Shown here one piece after another: positions 36,298 to 46,889 of a stretch of DNA of 61,696 nt. Source of the stretch: a virus (taxonomy: Duplodnaviria > Caudoviricetes); IMG/VR virus record IMGVR_UViG_3300035703_000096, positions 1-61,696 of that record, one strand, 5' to 3'. Numbering within the stretch: the first letter of the stretch is position 1; each line of letters begins with the position of its first letter. Below the pieces are notes generated by a model. The model saw only the letters and a program-made list of their open reading frames with translations, had not been told where the DNA came from and searched no databases. The position numbers and the translations under genes are program-made.

Positions 36298-39200
36298 ATG
36301 AATGAGGAAGCAATCAGAGACGCTTATAATTTATTTGTAAGCACAGGATACACCAAGTCTTACGAAGATTTCAAACAATTAATAAATTCAAACCCTGAAG
36401 CATTGAACGATGCTTATGGATTGTTTGTAAATACAGGTTATAAAAAAGACATCAACTCTTTTAAAACACTGATGGGCGTTGCAGGTGGAGCACCTGCCCA
36501 ACCACAAGCTGAATTAAAAAAAAAAGATCAGTTCGGTACTACGGTATCACCATCGGCCGTTTCTTCTTCGGCTTCGCAGTCTCCAAGTAGTGCGGCGCCG
36601 GCTCCTGCTCCCGAGCCTGTTCAACAACCTCAACAGCTTGAGGAGAAGGATTACTTTACCGGTGCATTCGGTGATGTACTAAGAGGATTTGATGAGATTG
36701 TCCCATTAGGTATTGGTGACTTTGTTGATGATATGGCACGTAGCGTTGCCGCAGGATATGGTCAAGCTCAATTGGCTGATGAGGCCGGGGTGTTAGCGCT
36801 TAGCGGATCTAAGGCTACACCTGAAGAGATTCAAAAATTCATTGAGGCTAATAAGAATGCTCAGCAATTAGGTCAATCAAAAGAAGCACAGGAATTTAAT
36901 AAGATTTACAACGAAGAAGGCGGTGGTTTTTGGGGAGTTGTAAAAGGATTAGCGTTGAATCCAAGCTATGTACCTGAGATTATGACGAGTTCATTGGTTA
37001 GCTTAGCCACTAACTCAGACGCTTTAATGTCGGGAGCCGCGGCTATTGGTACAGGTGCTACATATGGAGCGGCAACAGGCGCTGCAGCGGGTGGTGTTGG
37101 TGCGGCCCCGGGCGCTGTTGCAGGAGCAGCAGCCGCCATACCATATGCATTCGGTTTAGCAAATGGTGTAGTTGAAGCAGGATCATACTTTGCTGAAGAG
37201 CTACAAAATCAACTTCAAGGAAAGGAGATGACCAAGGAGAATGTAAAAGCTATCCTTGAGAATCCTGAGAAGTTACAAGAGTTAAGGAATGGCGCCATCA
37301 CAAGAGGTCTTGTTATAGGAGCTGCTGATGCTCTTACCGGTAAACTTGCAAGTAAAGTTGGGGCTAATATCTTAAGTAAGTCAGCCGCTAAATCAGCCAC
37401 AGGTGCAGCGACTAAGGCTGCTACTACAGGTGCAGTTGCTGCCGGTTCAGCCATTGAGGCAGCCGGAGGATCTGCCGGTGAGGTTGCAGCAAGAGCTGCC
37501 ACAGGTCAGGAGATGGATACAGCTGAGATTCTTTTAGAAGGTATTGCCGAGCTGCCCGGTGGTGTAAGGTCTACTATTCAAGCAAGACTTGCAAAGCCTG
37601 AGTATAAAGTCAACGGGGCTAAGGTTAGTGCAGAAGAGGTTGATAAGTTGATCGCGACCATGACTCCTGCTCAATTGCAGAAGACCAAGATTGATATTAA
37701 GAATGACTACGAAGGAAGACAGTTTAAGATACAGGACAAGATTGTAACAGATGCAATTAAGACTGAGGTAAAACAAGCTAATCCTGACTTGAATAATGCA
37801 AGTGTAAATGCTATTACTCAATTAGAGAAAGAGCTTAGAGCATTAGAGAATAATAAAACTCAAGTTGGAAAGGATAAGGTTACTGAGATTAAGTCAAAGA
37901 TAAAAGACATCCAAGAGAACCAATTACCTGAAGAAGTTGAGGTGGTTAATGTGCCGGCTGCTGAAAAGCCAACTGAAAAAATCAAAGATAAAAAGTCTTT
38001 GACTGAGGTGTTGGACAATATTGATGATGATACAAATGGTGAGGTTGCTTTTCTTGATGAGAATGATGTTCCTCTTAATGTTAGAGCGAATAGTAATCTT
38101 GTTGCTGACGCGTATTTTTCAGCATTAGAAGCTGAGAGTAAGGGAGAGAGCTTAACTCAATCTCAACAAAGCGCTAAGTTAGTTGTGGATCAAATATTTG
38201 GAGCTCAAGCAAATCGTGTTGCCGATACTTCATGGGCCAATGACTTAGATGATAATACTGAGTATGAATTAAACTTCCAATCTCAGGATCAGATACCAAC
38301 TCTTTTCAGAGATGAGGCAGTGCAAAATGAAGATGGAACATTCACCATAAAAAGAACAGGGGTTGATGTTAAGAATCAACTCAAGATGGACACTGTCAAT
38401 TCTTTTAATGATAATCAAATGTACACGTTTGATTTTAATTCTATGGAAGAAGTTCCTGATGAGTACAGAGGTAATGTCAGAGAGATCCCCGCGATAGAAG
38501 GAACTACTCAGCGTAGACTGTTGGGTATTATACCAATTGGTAAAGAGAAGAAGCAGGTATTCAAGGATAAGGTGTACCGAGTATCAATCAGTGGTGTTGA
38601 TGCTAAGAAGTTGAATTTACAACCACAGAGAGCAGCCAATAAAGCTCAGGTATTTAGGAATACAGCCAAGTCATTGGCGTCAATATTCCCTGATGTGAAG
38701 ATCGTATCTGTTGCCAATGAAAATGAGATGAAGGATTACGCTCTTCAGAATTTCAATCAAGATGTTGCTGATACAATAACAGGAGCCGAGGGTGGTGTGC
38801 TTATTAATGACGCATCAGGTAAGCCAATTGCTATCTTAATCAACGAAGAGACAGCTGTTGCAACCACAATGCCTCATGAGGCGTGGCACGCTATATTGGT
38901 TAAAGCATTTGGTGAGAACCCTGCTTTGTTTGAAGAGTTTAAGAATGGTATTGAGAAGGCCCTTAGAGATAATGGCATGACTCAAATCATAGATGCTCTT
39001 GACAACTTCTCAAATCAAGAGGAGTACATCAACTCAAACATGCAGGCTGAGGAGTGGCTTGTTGAGCTCGGTGGTTTACTTACGTCTTCCGGTATTACCT
39101 ATGACAATCTAACTCCTAAGGCAAAGAGCTTACTCACTCAGATCAAGGCTGTGTTCAATGCTATTGCTGTAAAGATCACCGGTCAGCCAATGTTCTTGGA

Positions 39201-42200
39201 GGACGCTACTCCTGAGGACATGCTTGACTTCATGGTCACCATATCAGATAGAATGGCGAGAGGTATGAGTCTCAATGAGTTCTTCAGAGACACCGCACCT
39301 TCAGGTCCCGCCGGACCCGGAGTGTCTTCAAAGACACAAAGAGTACCTTCTAAGCAGAAGTTAATCGAGCAGGCTCGATTAAAAACAAATTACTTCCTAC
39401 CTAATATGATGGGAGGAGTTAATGTTTTGACACCTGAGAATTATGCGGCAATGCTTCAGGAGTTTATAGACACAGGGGTCATTGAGAATGTAGACAGCTA
39501 TTCAACAAGAGAGTTAACTGAGTCACAATTTCCTTTAGAAGAATCAAACGGTGTCAATCCAATGGGACTTCGTGACGCTGACGCAGCTAAGTTTGAATTG
39601 GAAGGGGTGAAGGAATCAATGGCTAAAGTTCCGGCTAAAGTTAAGAAGCAAGTTCCCGCCTATCATGGAAGCCCTTATGATTTTGATAAGTTTGCTACTG
39701 AAAAAATTGGAACAGGAGAAGGTGCTCAAGCTTATGGTTGGGGATTATATTTTACAGACTTGAAAGATATTGCTGAAAATTATGCAAATCAGTTAAGTGA
39801 ACCAACTATTTATATTGATGGAAAGGAATTCTTATATGAAGGTGAGAATAAAAAAAATCCTATATGGGCATTGGGTGCAGAATTACTTAGAGTTCGATCT
39901 AAAAATGATTTGTTAGAAGAAGCTTCTATTCAAGTTTTTAGAAAAGATATAACTCAATCTCAGTATGAAGCGATTGTAAATTTTGCAAAAACATTTGACT
40001 CTTTAGAACAAAGAAAGAATAGAAATTTATATAATGTTACTCTTCACGAAGGTAAAACTCCTGATCAATATACTTGGCTTGAGTGGGATAAACCTATGTC
40101 TGATAGAGCATTGGAATTGTTTCAAAAATTTAATAAAGAGCAAGGTATAAAACTTAGTGAATCAACAGCTCCTGTTGCTGAAGAAGATAGGATTACTGTT
40201 GGGCAAATGTATAAATTCATTTCTAATAAAATAGGTCAAAAAGAAGCTTCACTATTTCTTCTAAAAAATGGAATTGACGGTATAAAATATCCTGCCGAAT
40301 ATACTTCTCGTGGAGCTACATCAGAAACAGCAAGAGGATTTAACTATGTGGTTTTTGATGAGAATGCTGTAACGATTAAGAACAAGGTAAGATTCCAACG
40401 CCCCGGTGACAGTGCAACCCTTGCTGAGGTAAAGAAGATTGCCTTGAGGTATAACATGAATGACAGAGGGTTCATCCCCAAGACTGCGAGTGAGGTTGTT
40501 CTTGCGCGTGAGCTTGCACCATATGGATACGGAGCCAAGAGATCGAAGATTACTCCTGAAGGTTATGGTGGTACTGTATACATGACAAACGCAGCAGGTA
40601 AGTTCTTTAATCCATTCACTGTTAAGAAGCACCGCATCAGCTTATCAGGCGGGAAACTTAATCCAAATGTCAATACCATTGAAGGGTATGACCGCATGAT
40701 GGATCAGGTTCAAACCATCATTGACAAATCAGAGAGAAGAGGTGTAGCCAAGGATAAGATCATGGAGAACGTGATGGAGTACGTTACTAAATCTAAGGTC
40801 TATGAAAGAGCCAATGACTCACAGCGTGAGCAGTTGGTTCGTAATGTTGAGACTGAATTTGGTAAGGCGCAAAAGTCTTCACCATCAGTTGGTAAGATCC
40901 TCGGTACTTTGAAGGATATCAAAAAGATTACCCTGACTGAAAAGGAATTGCTTAAGCAGCACTTCAGAGACTTGGCTAAGGGTGCTCGTGATGCGAAGCG
41001 TGCGTTCATGCAAGCAAGTGATGACTTGTCATTGGCTGTGTCAGAGTTGGCTAAGTCCGGTAAGATATCACCAAAGCAATTGTCTGATGTGATCCGTAAG
41101 TTCAGCAAGGTGAACATGCTCAATGAGGATTCAACCAATGCCTTTGTTGATTACATGACCAAAGTATTTGAGGATGCTGACTACGCTCAGAAGATCGCCG
41201 GTATCAGAACCAAGATTACAAAGGCGAGAGGTAATCTCAAATCAAAGATTGGTGTTGCTGATGCTATTGCTAATCCAATGAGAAAGCTATTGGCTGTCAA
41301 CCCAACATTGATCCCTGATGACGTGTTTGATAAGTACATCAACATCGTAAACATGTTTTCGGCAAATCAAGCTGTTCTTCCGTTAAAGGATATTAGCGAC
41401 ATATCTCAGGACATCAATGACATCTTCCAATCCTTGGATGAGCAGTTGTCAAAGAGTGAGGAGTTGGCCATTCGATTCGATGACTTTGCAGATAAGGTTG
41501 TGAATGAGGAGAACGGTAAGATACAATACGCTGACACCGTTAACAAGATGGAGAAGGATGGTATCGTTACAGCTGAGGAAGCTGAGCTCATGAAGAAGTA
41601 TAAGTCAGTTATCTTCCCAACAGAAAAGAAAGAAGGCAAGACCCCTGCTGAGATTCAAGCTGAGAACAATACACTCATCAAAGCCATTACTGATGCCAAG
41701 ATGAACTTGGATCGTCTTACGCTTAAGGATGAGAGAGAGTTGGCTGACAACATCAGACGATTGCTTAAGCCTGAGCTATTGAAGCAATTGACAACTGCTC
41801 AGCTTACCAATCTAATCAAGTTGATAGACAATATCAACAATGGTTTCATGCCTCACTATGGTATGTTGGCATTCGAGAGATTGAATGCTATCAAGAATTC
41901 CACTCCTGTAGGTGAGGCTACTTTAACTGCAAAGCCATTACCTGTCACTCAGGTTTACAATAACCTTAAGAGTAAGTTTACTAAGAAGGGTGGTATCTTG
42001 GAGATGGTTCGATCAGGAGGATTCTTCTTTATTGATCAGGTCTTTGGCAACTTCAAGACTAAGCCAATCTTCAATGCTTTGTTTGAAAAAATATCTGAGG
42101 CTCAATCAGCATTTACATCTGCACTTGGTCAAGTGAATAAGAAGTTAGACGCAGCACATGATGCTGTTGCAAAATCATTTGCTTACGATGCGAACAAAAC

Positions 42201-44574
42201 ATTAGAGTCTTCATTTAGAATGATGGCTTATATGATTCAGCTTGAGTACGATAGCAACCCCGGCAACAAGCAAGTGAATCCTGCATCTGCATACATCAAG
42301 GAAACTATCAAAGCTATCAAGCGAGGCAAGACTAAGTATGGTGACGCTGAGATTGAGATGCTTCAAAGAATCCTTGATAAGGATGGTAACGTAGATAAGG
42401 ATGCGCTTTACAATTCATTCAATAATGCCGAGAAGAACGCCATCAAAACCATCAGAGAAATCAATGATGGTTTAACTGAGAAGGCCGTGTATACTGCAGC
42501 TGTAATCAGAGGTCAGAGAATTGATGCGCTTAACAACTATGTTCACTTACCTGTAATGTCTGAGTACAACCCTGATGAATCAGCGGTAGCTACTCAGGTT
42601 GCTAATAATTATAATAATAACCTAAACCCATCTACGAAGGGTAAGAACTTAATTGAAAGAACAGCAGGTGCAAAGGCAATTAACTTTGACGTATTCGCAT
42701 CCGCACAGAGAGGGGCTAAATTTACACTTTTAGACTATCACATGACTACTCCGATCAGAACGGCGAGAAAGACGCTTAATGAGGTCGAGAATCGATATGG
42801 TGATGATTTCACAAAACAACAGCGTGATATATTCAATGCCATCAGAGATGGTTTCGAAGAGGTAGTGTCAGATGTATTGACCAATAATTTTGTTGCCACA
42901 TCAACAGCTGATGAGGTTGTGAACTTTATTTCAAAGCAAGGATATAGAGTTGTTCTTGGTAGTGCCTTCAGGTTTGTTGCTGAATTGAAATCTAACCTTG
43001 CATTTGTTACGTTTGCCGGAAGAAAAGCTTTTGCTGAAGGAGTGAAATACTTCCCTATTATATCATCTCCTGATGCTGTGAGCATTATGGATAACGTGAG
43101 AAGTAAGCAGACAACTCGATTGTATCATGGTGATACATTGAGCGGAAGGTTTATTGATCAATCTGTCCTTAGCCAAACGAGCGGTGTTAAATCAACAACA
43201 GCTAAAGGTGTGATTGCTAATAAAGCAAATCAAATCTACAACATGTCTCTTAAGAAATATAAGAACTCAGTTGAGTTGATTGCTGATACACTTATATCTA
43301 CGCCTGATAGAGTTATCATGAGACCGGTTTGGTTTGGTCAGTTCGCTACTGAGTTTAAGAAGCAGACAGGTAAAGATGTTGACTTCAAGAAGATCGCTGA
43401 TAACAATGAGGCTTACATGAGGGAAAACAAGGATGCTATTGAGGCTGCTAAGTTACGCGCCGATGAGATGTCTGTACTTGCAGGCGCTACTGACAATCCA
43501 TTTATGGGTATGGTTAAGGGTAGCACTAAGCCAAATCAAAGCGTGCTTCTTAGAGCTTTCAATAACTTCAACACTTACATGACACGATTCGCTATGTATG
43601 AGTACACCACTGCGCGACAGGGTATCTATGCAGCTATGGGCAAAGGGTCGATCACAAGAAAAGAAGGAATAGGATTGCTTGCTGCGGTTACAGCTCGTAT
43701 GACAGTGTACACATTGCTTACAAACATGTTTGCCGGAGGATTGGCAGGGCTTCTTGGTGATGAGGAGGAAGAAGATGAGAAGACATTGATGCAGAAGCTT
43801 GGTCAATCATTTGCTTCAACAGGCTCATCATTATTACTTGGAAGAAACTTTGGTAATGCTACCAAGATGCTTGTCAACTACGGTGTTGAGGAAGTGAATG
43901 AAGAGTTCTTAGACTTCCTAAGAAATGGTGACTATGATCCATACAAGGATGCCATATCATTCTCTGCTATACCGAAAGAAAAGAAAGCAGGTGAAACAAA
44001 CATAGCTGACTTTATTGGTAACATGTCAGGATCATTCTCACCTGCTATGAAGACAACCAATCTTATCATCAAGAAAGCTTTTGCTAAAGAGAAGAAAGAA
44101 CCTGAGGCTATCAAGAGAAGTGAAGAGGAGAATATGATTCGAATCCCGCTTGAGGTGTTGGGTAACATGGGAATGGTTCCACTTTACAAAGACGTACGTA
44201 GAGAGGTGATGAATGAATTGTACAAGGACCTTCGCAATGCTGACAAGAAAGCTGAGGACAAGAAGCAAGCTGAGAAGGAGATGCTCCATGGCTATGAGAA
44301 TAAAGAGGATATGAAGCGCTATGATCCTGAGTTGTATGATGAAGTGTTTGGTAAAGACTCACCCGGTTATGACGCTGAGCAGGCCAAGAAGAAACTAAAG
44401 CATGAGGCTGACTCAATTGAGAGAAGAATGAAGGATGAGTTCTATGAATACGTCCCTAAGAAAAAGAAGGGTGGCTTTGGATCAGGAAGTAGTTTTGGAT
44501 CAGAGTCAAAGAAGAAGGGTGGCTTTGGATCAGGCAGTGGCTTCGGGTCAAAGAGTGGATTTGGTGGTAAATAA
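36298..44574 (+). CDS. Large polyvalent virion/ejection protein (zincin metallopeptidase plus ART-like module)
   Basis: HEAWH..E motif near 38870; AYHGSPYDFDKF...GEGAQAYGWGLYFT...DGIKY...NYVVFD (ART-PolyVal-like) at about 39658-40380. Confidence 0.8.
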   Translation: MNEEAIRDAYNLFVSTGYTKSYEDFKQLINSNPEALNDAYGLFVNTGYKKDINSFKTLMGVAGGAPAQPQAELKKKDQFGTTVSPSAVSSSASQSPSSAAPAPAPEPVQQPQQLEEKDYFTGAFGDVLRGFDEIVPLGIGDFVDDMARSVAAGYGQAQLADEAGVLALSGSKATPEEIQKFIEANKNAQQLGQSKEAQEFNKIYNEEGGGFWGVVKGLALNPSYVPEIMTSSLVSLATNSDALMSGAAAIGTGATYGAATGAAAGGVGAAPGAVAGAAAAIPYAFGLANGVVEAGSYFAEELQNQLQGKEMTKENVKAILENPEKLQELRNGAITRGLVIGAADALTGKLASKVGANILSKSAAKSATGAATKAATTGAVAAGSAIEAAGGSAGEVAARAATGQEMDTAEILLEGIAELPGGVRSTIQARLAKPEYKVNGAKVSAEEVDKLIATMTPAQLQKTKIDIKNDYEGRQFKIQDKIVTDAIKTEVKQANPDLNNASVNAITQLEKELRALENNKTQVGKDKVTEIKSKIKDIQENQLPEEVEVVNVPAAEKPTEKIKDKKSLTEVLDNIDDDTNGEVAFLDENDVPLNVRANSNLVADAYFSALEAESKGESLTQSQQSAKLVVDQIFGAQANRVADTSWANDLDDNTEYELNFQSQDQIPTLFRDEAVQNEDGTFTIKRTGVDVKNQLKMDTVNSFNDNQMYTFDFNSMEEVPDEYRGNVREIPAIEGTTQRRLLGIIPIGKEKKQVFKDKVYRVSISGVDAKKLNLQPQRAANKAQVFRNTAKSLASIFPDVKIVSVANENEMKDYALQNFNQDVADTITGAEGGVLINDASGKPIAILINEETAVATTMPHEAWHAILVKAFGENPALFEEFKNGIEKALRDNGMTQIIDALDNFSNQEEYINSNMQAEEWLVELGGLLTSSGITYDNLTPKAKSLLTQIKAVFNAIAVKITGQPMFLEDATPEDMLDFMVTISDRMARGMSLNEFFRDTAPSGPAGPGVSSKTQRVPSKQKLIEQARLKTNYFLPNMMGGVNVLTPENYAAMLQEFIDTGVIENVDSYSTRELTESQFPLEESNGVNPMGLRDADAAKFELEGVKESMAKVPAKVKKQVPAYHGSPYDFDKFATEKIGTGEGAQAYGWGLYFTDLKDIAENYANQLSEPTIYIDGKEFLYEGENKKNPIWALGAELLRVRSKNDLLEEASIQVFRKDITQSQYEAIVNFAKTFDSLEQRKNRNLYNVTLHEGKTPDQYTWLEWDKPMSDRALELFQKFNKEQGIKLSESTAPVAEEDRITVGQMYKFISNKIGQKEASLFLLKNGIDGIKYPAEYTSRGATSETARGFNYVVFDENAVTIKNKVRFQRPGDSATLAEVKKIALRYNMNDRGFIPKTASEVVLARELAPYGYGAKRSKITPEGYGGTVYMTNAAGKFFNPFTVKKHRISLSGGKLNPNVNTIEGYDRMMDQVQTIIDKSERRGVAKDKIMENVMEYVTKSKVYERANDSQREQLVRNVETEFGKAQKSSPSVGKILGTLKDIKKITLTEKELLKQHFRDLAKGARDAKRAFMQASDDLSLAVSELAKSGKISPKQLSDVIRKFSKVNMLNEDSTNAFVDYMTKVFEDADYAQKIAGIRTKITKARGNLKSKIGVADAIANPMRKLLAVNPTLIPDDVFDKYINIVNMFSANQAVLPLKDISDISQDINDIFQSLDEQLSKSEELAIRFDDFADKVVNEENGKIQYADTVNKMEKDGIVTAEEAELMKKYKSVIFPTEKKEGKTPAEIQAENNTLIKAITDAKMNLDRLTLKDERELADNIRRLLKPELLKQLTTAQLTNLIKLIDNINNGFMPHYGMLAFERLNAIKNSTPVGEATLTAKPLPVTQVYNNLKSKFTKKGGILEMVRSGGFFFIDQVFGNFKTKPIFNALFEKISEAQSAFTSALGQVNKKLDAAHDAVAKSFAYDANKTLESSFRMMAYMIQLEYDSNPGNKQVNPASAYIKETIKAIKRGKTKYGDAEIEMLQRILDKDGNVDKDALYNSFNNAEKNAIKTIREINDGLTEKAVYTAAVIRGQRIDALNNYVHLPVMSEYNPDESAVATQVANNYNNNLNPSTKGKNLIERTAGAKAINFDVFASAQRGAKFTLLDYHMTTPIRTARKTLNEVENRYGDDFTKQQRDIFNAIRDGFEEVVSDVLTNNFVATSTADEVVNFISKQGYRVVLGSAFRFVAELKSNLAFVTFAGRKAFAEGVKYFPIISSPDAVSIMDNVRSKQTTRLYHGDTLSGRFIDQSVLSQTSGVKSTTAKGVIANKANQIYNMSLKKYKNSVELIADTLISTPDRVIMRPVWFGQFATEFKKQTGKDVDFKKIADNNEAYMRENKDAIEAAKLRADEMSVLAGATDNPFMGMVKGSTKPNQSVLLRAFNNFNTYMTRFAMYEYTTARQGIYAAMGKGSITRKEGIGLLAAVTARMTVYTLLTNMFAGGLAGLLGDEEEEDEKTLMQKLGQSFASTGSSLLLGRNFGNATKMLVNYGVEEVNEEFLDFLRNGDYDPYKDAISFSAIPKEKKAGETNIADFIGNMSGSFSPAMKTTNLIIKKAFAKEKKEPEAIKRSEEENMIRIPLEVLGNMGMVPLYKDVRREVMNELYKDLRNADKKAEDKKQAEKEMLHGYENKEDMKRYDPELYDEVFGKDSPGYDAEQAKKKLKHEADSIERRMKDEFYEYVPKKKKGGFGSGSSFGSESKKKGGFGSGSGFGSKSGFGGK
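39322..39337. repeat. GTGTCTTCAAAGACAC palindrome (intragenic)
   Basis: Exact copy. Confidence 0.95.
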
Positions 44575-44602
44575 AATGTGCGGCTTAGTGCCGCACATAT
44601 TT
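44575..44602. terminator. Hairpin at the convergence of the two arms (probable bidirectional terminator)
   Basis: atgtgcggc-ttagt-gccgcacat. Confidence 0.7.
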
Positions 44603-44947
44603 GAATCCTTTTTGTTTCTCATACACCGCCATTAGATCATCTGACAAGAACATAATCTGACCGGTTATGTTTCTTGGTTTGCCGTAGATTATTCCGTCAT
44701 CACAATACCAAATGATGACGGAAGTGATTCTCTTGTCAAGAAGCTTTGAGATCTTGGTGACCGGGATAGATAATGGATAAGCATTCCTCACGTTCCTTGG
44801 ATGGATGACAACCTCCGCATAGGCTATGAGCTTATTGCTATCGTCAAATATTTTAAAGTCAACATCAAGCGGATCAAGCTTTTGGTATGATCCACCGAAT
44901 GTATTTACAAAAGTTGATATTGCTTTCTTTTCCTTTTCAGAAATCAT
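44585..44947 (-). CDS. Hypothetical protein, possible PD-(D/E)XK fold
   Basis: DVDFKI...IAYAEV pattern. Confidence 0.55.
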   Translation of the reverse strand: MISEKEKKAISTFVNTFGGSYQKLDPLDVDFKIFDDSNKLIAYAEVVIHPRNVRNAYPLSIPVTKISKLLDKRITSVIIWYCDDGIIYGKPRNITGQIMFLSDDLMAVYEKQKGFKYVRH

Positions 44948-45125
44948 CTTCTTCCATTGATTTTAAAATGCATCTCATCTCCATGATGATGAACTTAACA
45001 TCTTTTTCAACGCTTGAGAATTCTCTATCTACAAGCTTCTCATATATGTCAGTTATCACTGAGTTGTAGCTGTGCATCCTGCGAGCTAATCGCTCTGCCC
45101 TTTCGTTTTCTTTGAGCTTATCCAT
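44937..45125 (-). CDS. Hypothetical protein
   Basis: ORF in operon. Confidence 0.65.
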   Translation of the reverse strand: MDKLKENERAERLARRMHSYNSVITDIYEKLVDREFSSVEKDVKFIIMEMRCILKSMEEDDF

Positions 45126-45141
45126 AATCTAATTGGTGTCT

Positions 45142-45648
45142 TCATCTTAGTCCGTTTAGCAGGGTTCTTATTTTTGATTCAACCAATTCGATCTCGTCAT
45201 CAACAACCCTATCGTTTATCAATTTGATTATAGATTTAATTCTGTTGTACTTACTCAGTTTTGAATTTGATTTATTCAGCTGCAAAACAAGTTCAGCAAC
45301 TTGGCCTTCTAAATCTTTTATCCTCTGAACATAAGCCTTTTCAGGTATATCCTGATCAATTTCATCAGGAGAAACAAGCATCATGTTTTTACACTTTGCA
45401 TACTTCTCAAGAAAAACTGTGTCATATGCAAAGATATAATCAATATTCCTAAGGTAATGTATGATGGTTGCGTGATCCTTTTCTAAAGTTTTACCTATCT
45501 TTTCAAAGGAGTAACCTCTCTCTCTCATTATCTTGGAGTAGGCTCTTCTTGCGTCTACATGTGACCGTCTTCTTGTCTCAACATTTATATTCACCATGAA
45601 TACAGAGTTGACTATAGACTTTATGTGTTTGATTTCTTCATTCTCCAT
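45142..45648 (-). CDS. DnaA domain IV-like HTH protein
   Basis: TRRR.HVDAR...SFEKIG..L.KDHATIIH. Confidence 0.75.
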   Translation of the reverse strand: MENEEIKHIKSIVNSVFMVNINVETRRRSHVDARRAYSKIMRERGYSFEKIGKTLEKDHATIIHYLRNIDYIFAYDTVFLEKYAKCKNMMLVSPDEIDQDIPEKAYVQRIKDLEGQVAELVLQLNKSNSKLSKYNRIKSIIKLINDRVVDDEIELVESKIRTLLNGLR

Positions 45649-45883
45649 ATGATACTTTTACATTTAATTTATGATTCTCGAGTTCTTTTATCCTGTACTT
45701 CTGCAGCTCAGATAACCTACCTCCCGGACGTTTGACTTCTACAAACAAAACATCACTGTCTTTTGGTATCGCGATCAGGTCAGGGATACCATTCTTATTG
45801 GTCCTAACCAACTTGATGACGTAGTAACCATCAGCCTCAAGCTGTTTGATAATCTTCGATTGTATCTGCTGCTCAGTAGCCAT
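45638..45883 (-). CDS. VRR-NUC nuclease
   Basis: EQQIQ, GIPDL, FVEVKRPGGRLSELQ. Confidence 0.88.
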   Translation of the reverse strand: MATEQQIQSKIIKQLEADGYYVIKLVRTNKNGIPDLIAIPKDSDVLFVEVKRPGGRLSELQKYRIKELENHKLNVKVSYGE

Positions 45884-46194
45884 TAGTTCATGTGTATTAG
45901 CTCTTGCTCTTCAAGCATTTCTCTTATTGAATTGTCAACCTCAATAGTCTCCTTGATTAGTTCAATCAGATTAAGCATGTCATCTTCTTTAATCATGAAT
46001 CTTTTACCAAGGAAGTAGGTAAATGGAGCGCATGAATCATCGAGAGATATCTCAAGTAACTGCACGGCTAACTGCTTCTGAGGAAGAACAACCCTTGCTG
46101 CGATGATGTTGTACTTACTACCTCTCTTGATCCACTTGTGAGGTGGTATCGTTGACGGTTTATTCTTATCGTCTATACAAATGCATTCAATCAT
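45883..46194 (-). CDS. Hypothetical protein
   Basis: ORF in operon. Confidence 0.7.
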   Translation of the reverse strand: MIECICIDDKNKPSTIPPHKWIKRGSKYNIIAARVVLPQKQLAVQLLEISLDDSCAPFTYFLGKRFMIKEDDMLNLIELIKETIEVDNSIREMLEEQELIHMN

Positions 46195-46278
46195 TTTCTT
46201 TATCGAATAGGTTAAACTCTATTAGGTGAATGATGTAGCCGATAATAGTACCGACTACATACGCACCTAAGATAATCA

Positions 46279-46662
46279 TTATTGCTTGGTCCATATAATT
46301 TTATTCAGGTTGGGTCTGAAATAATTTGGCCCCTTCATTACCTTACCATCCTCTCTGTAAAGAGGCATGCCATTAGGTCCAAGCTTACTCATGTTTGACT
46401 CATGCACCTCGTCAAACATTTGCTCCAATCTATCAGCAACGCCAAGGTCAATTGCGTATCCAATGAGCAGGTACATCTGATCGATGATGGCATCACATCT
46501 CTCAGTGAGATTGTTTGCCTCAATCATTTCCTGAAACTCTTCAGATATTAACTTGTTATGCAACGCGTGATTGACATGTCTCATGCCTTGTGTTGACTCA
46601 CTACCTATTGGTAGGTTAAAGCGGGACCTGAACTCCCTGACTTGTTCTACTTGTTTGTTCAT
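46279..46662 (-). CDS. MazG-like NTP pyrophosphohydrolase
   Basis: LISEEFQE, DAIID, EVHESNMSK, REDGKVMKGPNY. Confidence 0.85.
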   Translation of the reverse strand: MNKQVEQVREFRSRFNLPIGSESTQGMRHVNHALHNKLISEEFQEMIEANNLTERCDAIIDQMYLLIGYAIDLGVADRLEQMFDEVHESNMSKLGPNGMPLYREDGKVMKGPNYFRPNLNKIIWTKQ

Positions 46663-46889
46663 CTTAATACGTGTTTTAAAATTTCCAATTTGTTTTTGAA
46701 TATGGTTTGCTGAAATTTACCGGAGTCATAATTGAATTGCCAAGCGCATCCATCTTTACTCCAATGCTTGTAGTTGCAAACTCTGCATGACTTAACCCTT
46801 CCTTTATCGTTAGGTCGGGAATACTTCATCTTGTTTTTTGAGAACATAAATAGCGGGTAGTTTATGTTGCAGTAGAAACACTTCTTCAT
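46659..46889 (-). CDS. Small Cys-rich (Zn-finger-like) protein
   Basis: CxxC...CxxC. Confidence 0.6.
   Translation of the reverse strand: MKKCFYCNINYPLFMFSKNKMKYSRPNDKGRVKSCRVCNYKHWSKDGCAWQFNYDSGKFQQTIFKNKLEILKHVLR

Noticed and set aside
36516-36525. A10 run in the giant gene as a programmed frameshift site
   Set aside because: The frame is intact (LKKKD) and I found no supporting alternative product; homopolymer length cannot be verified without reads
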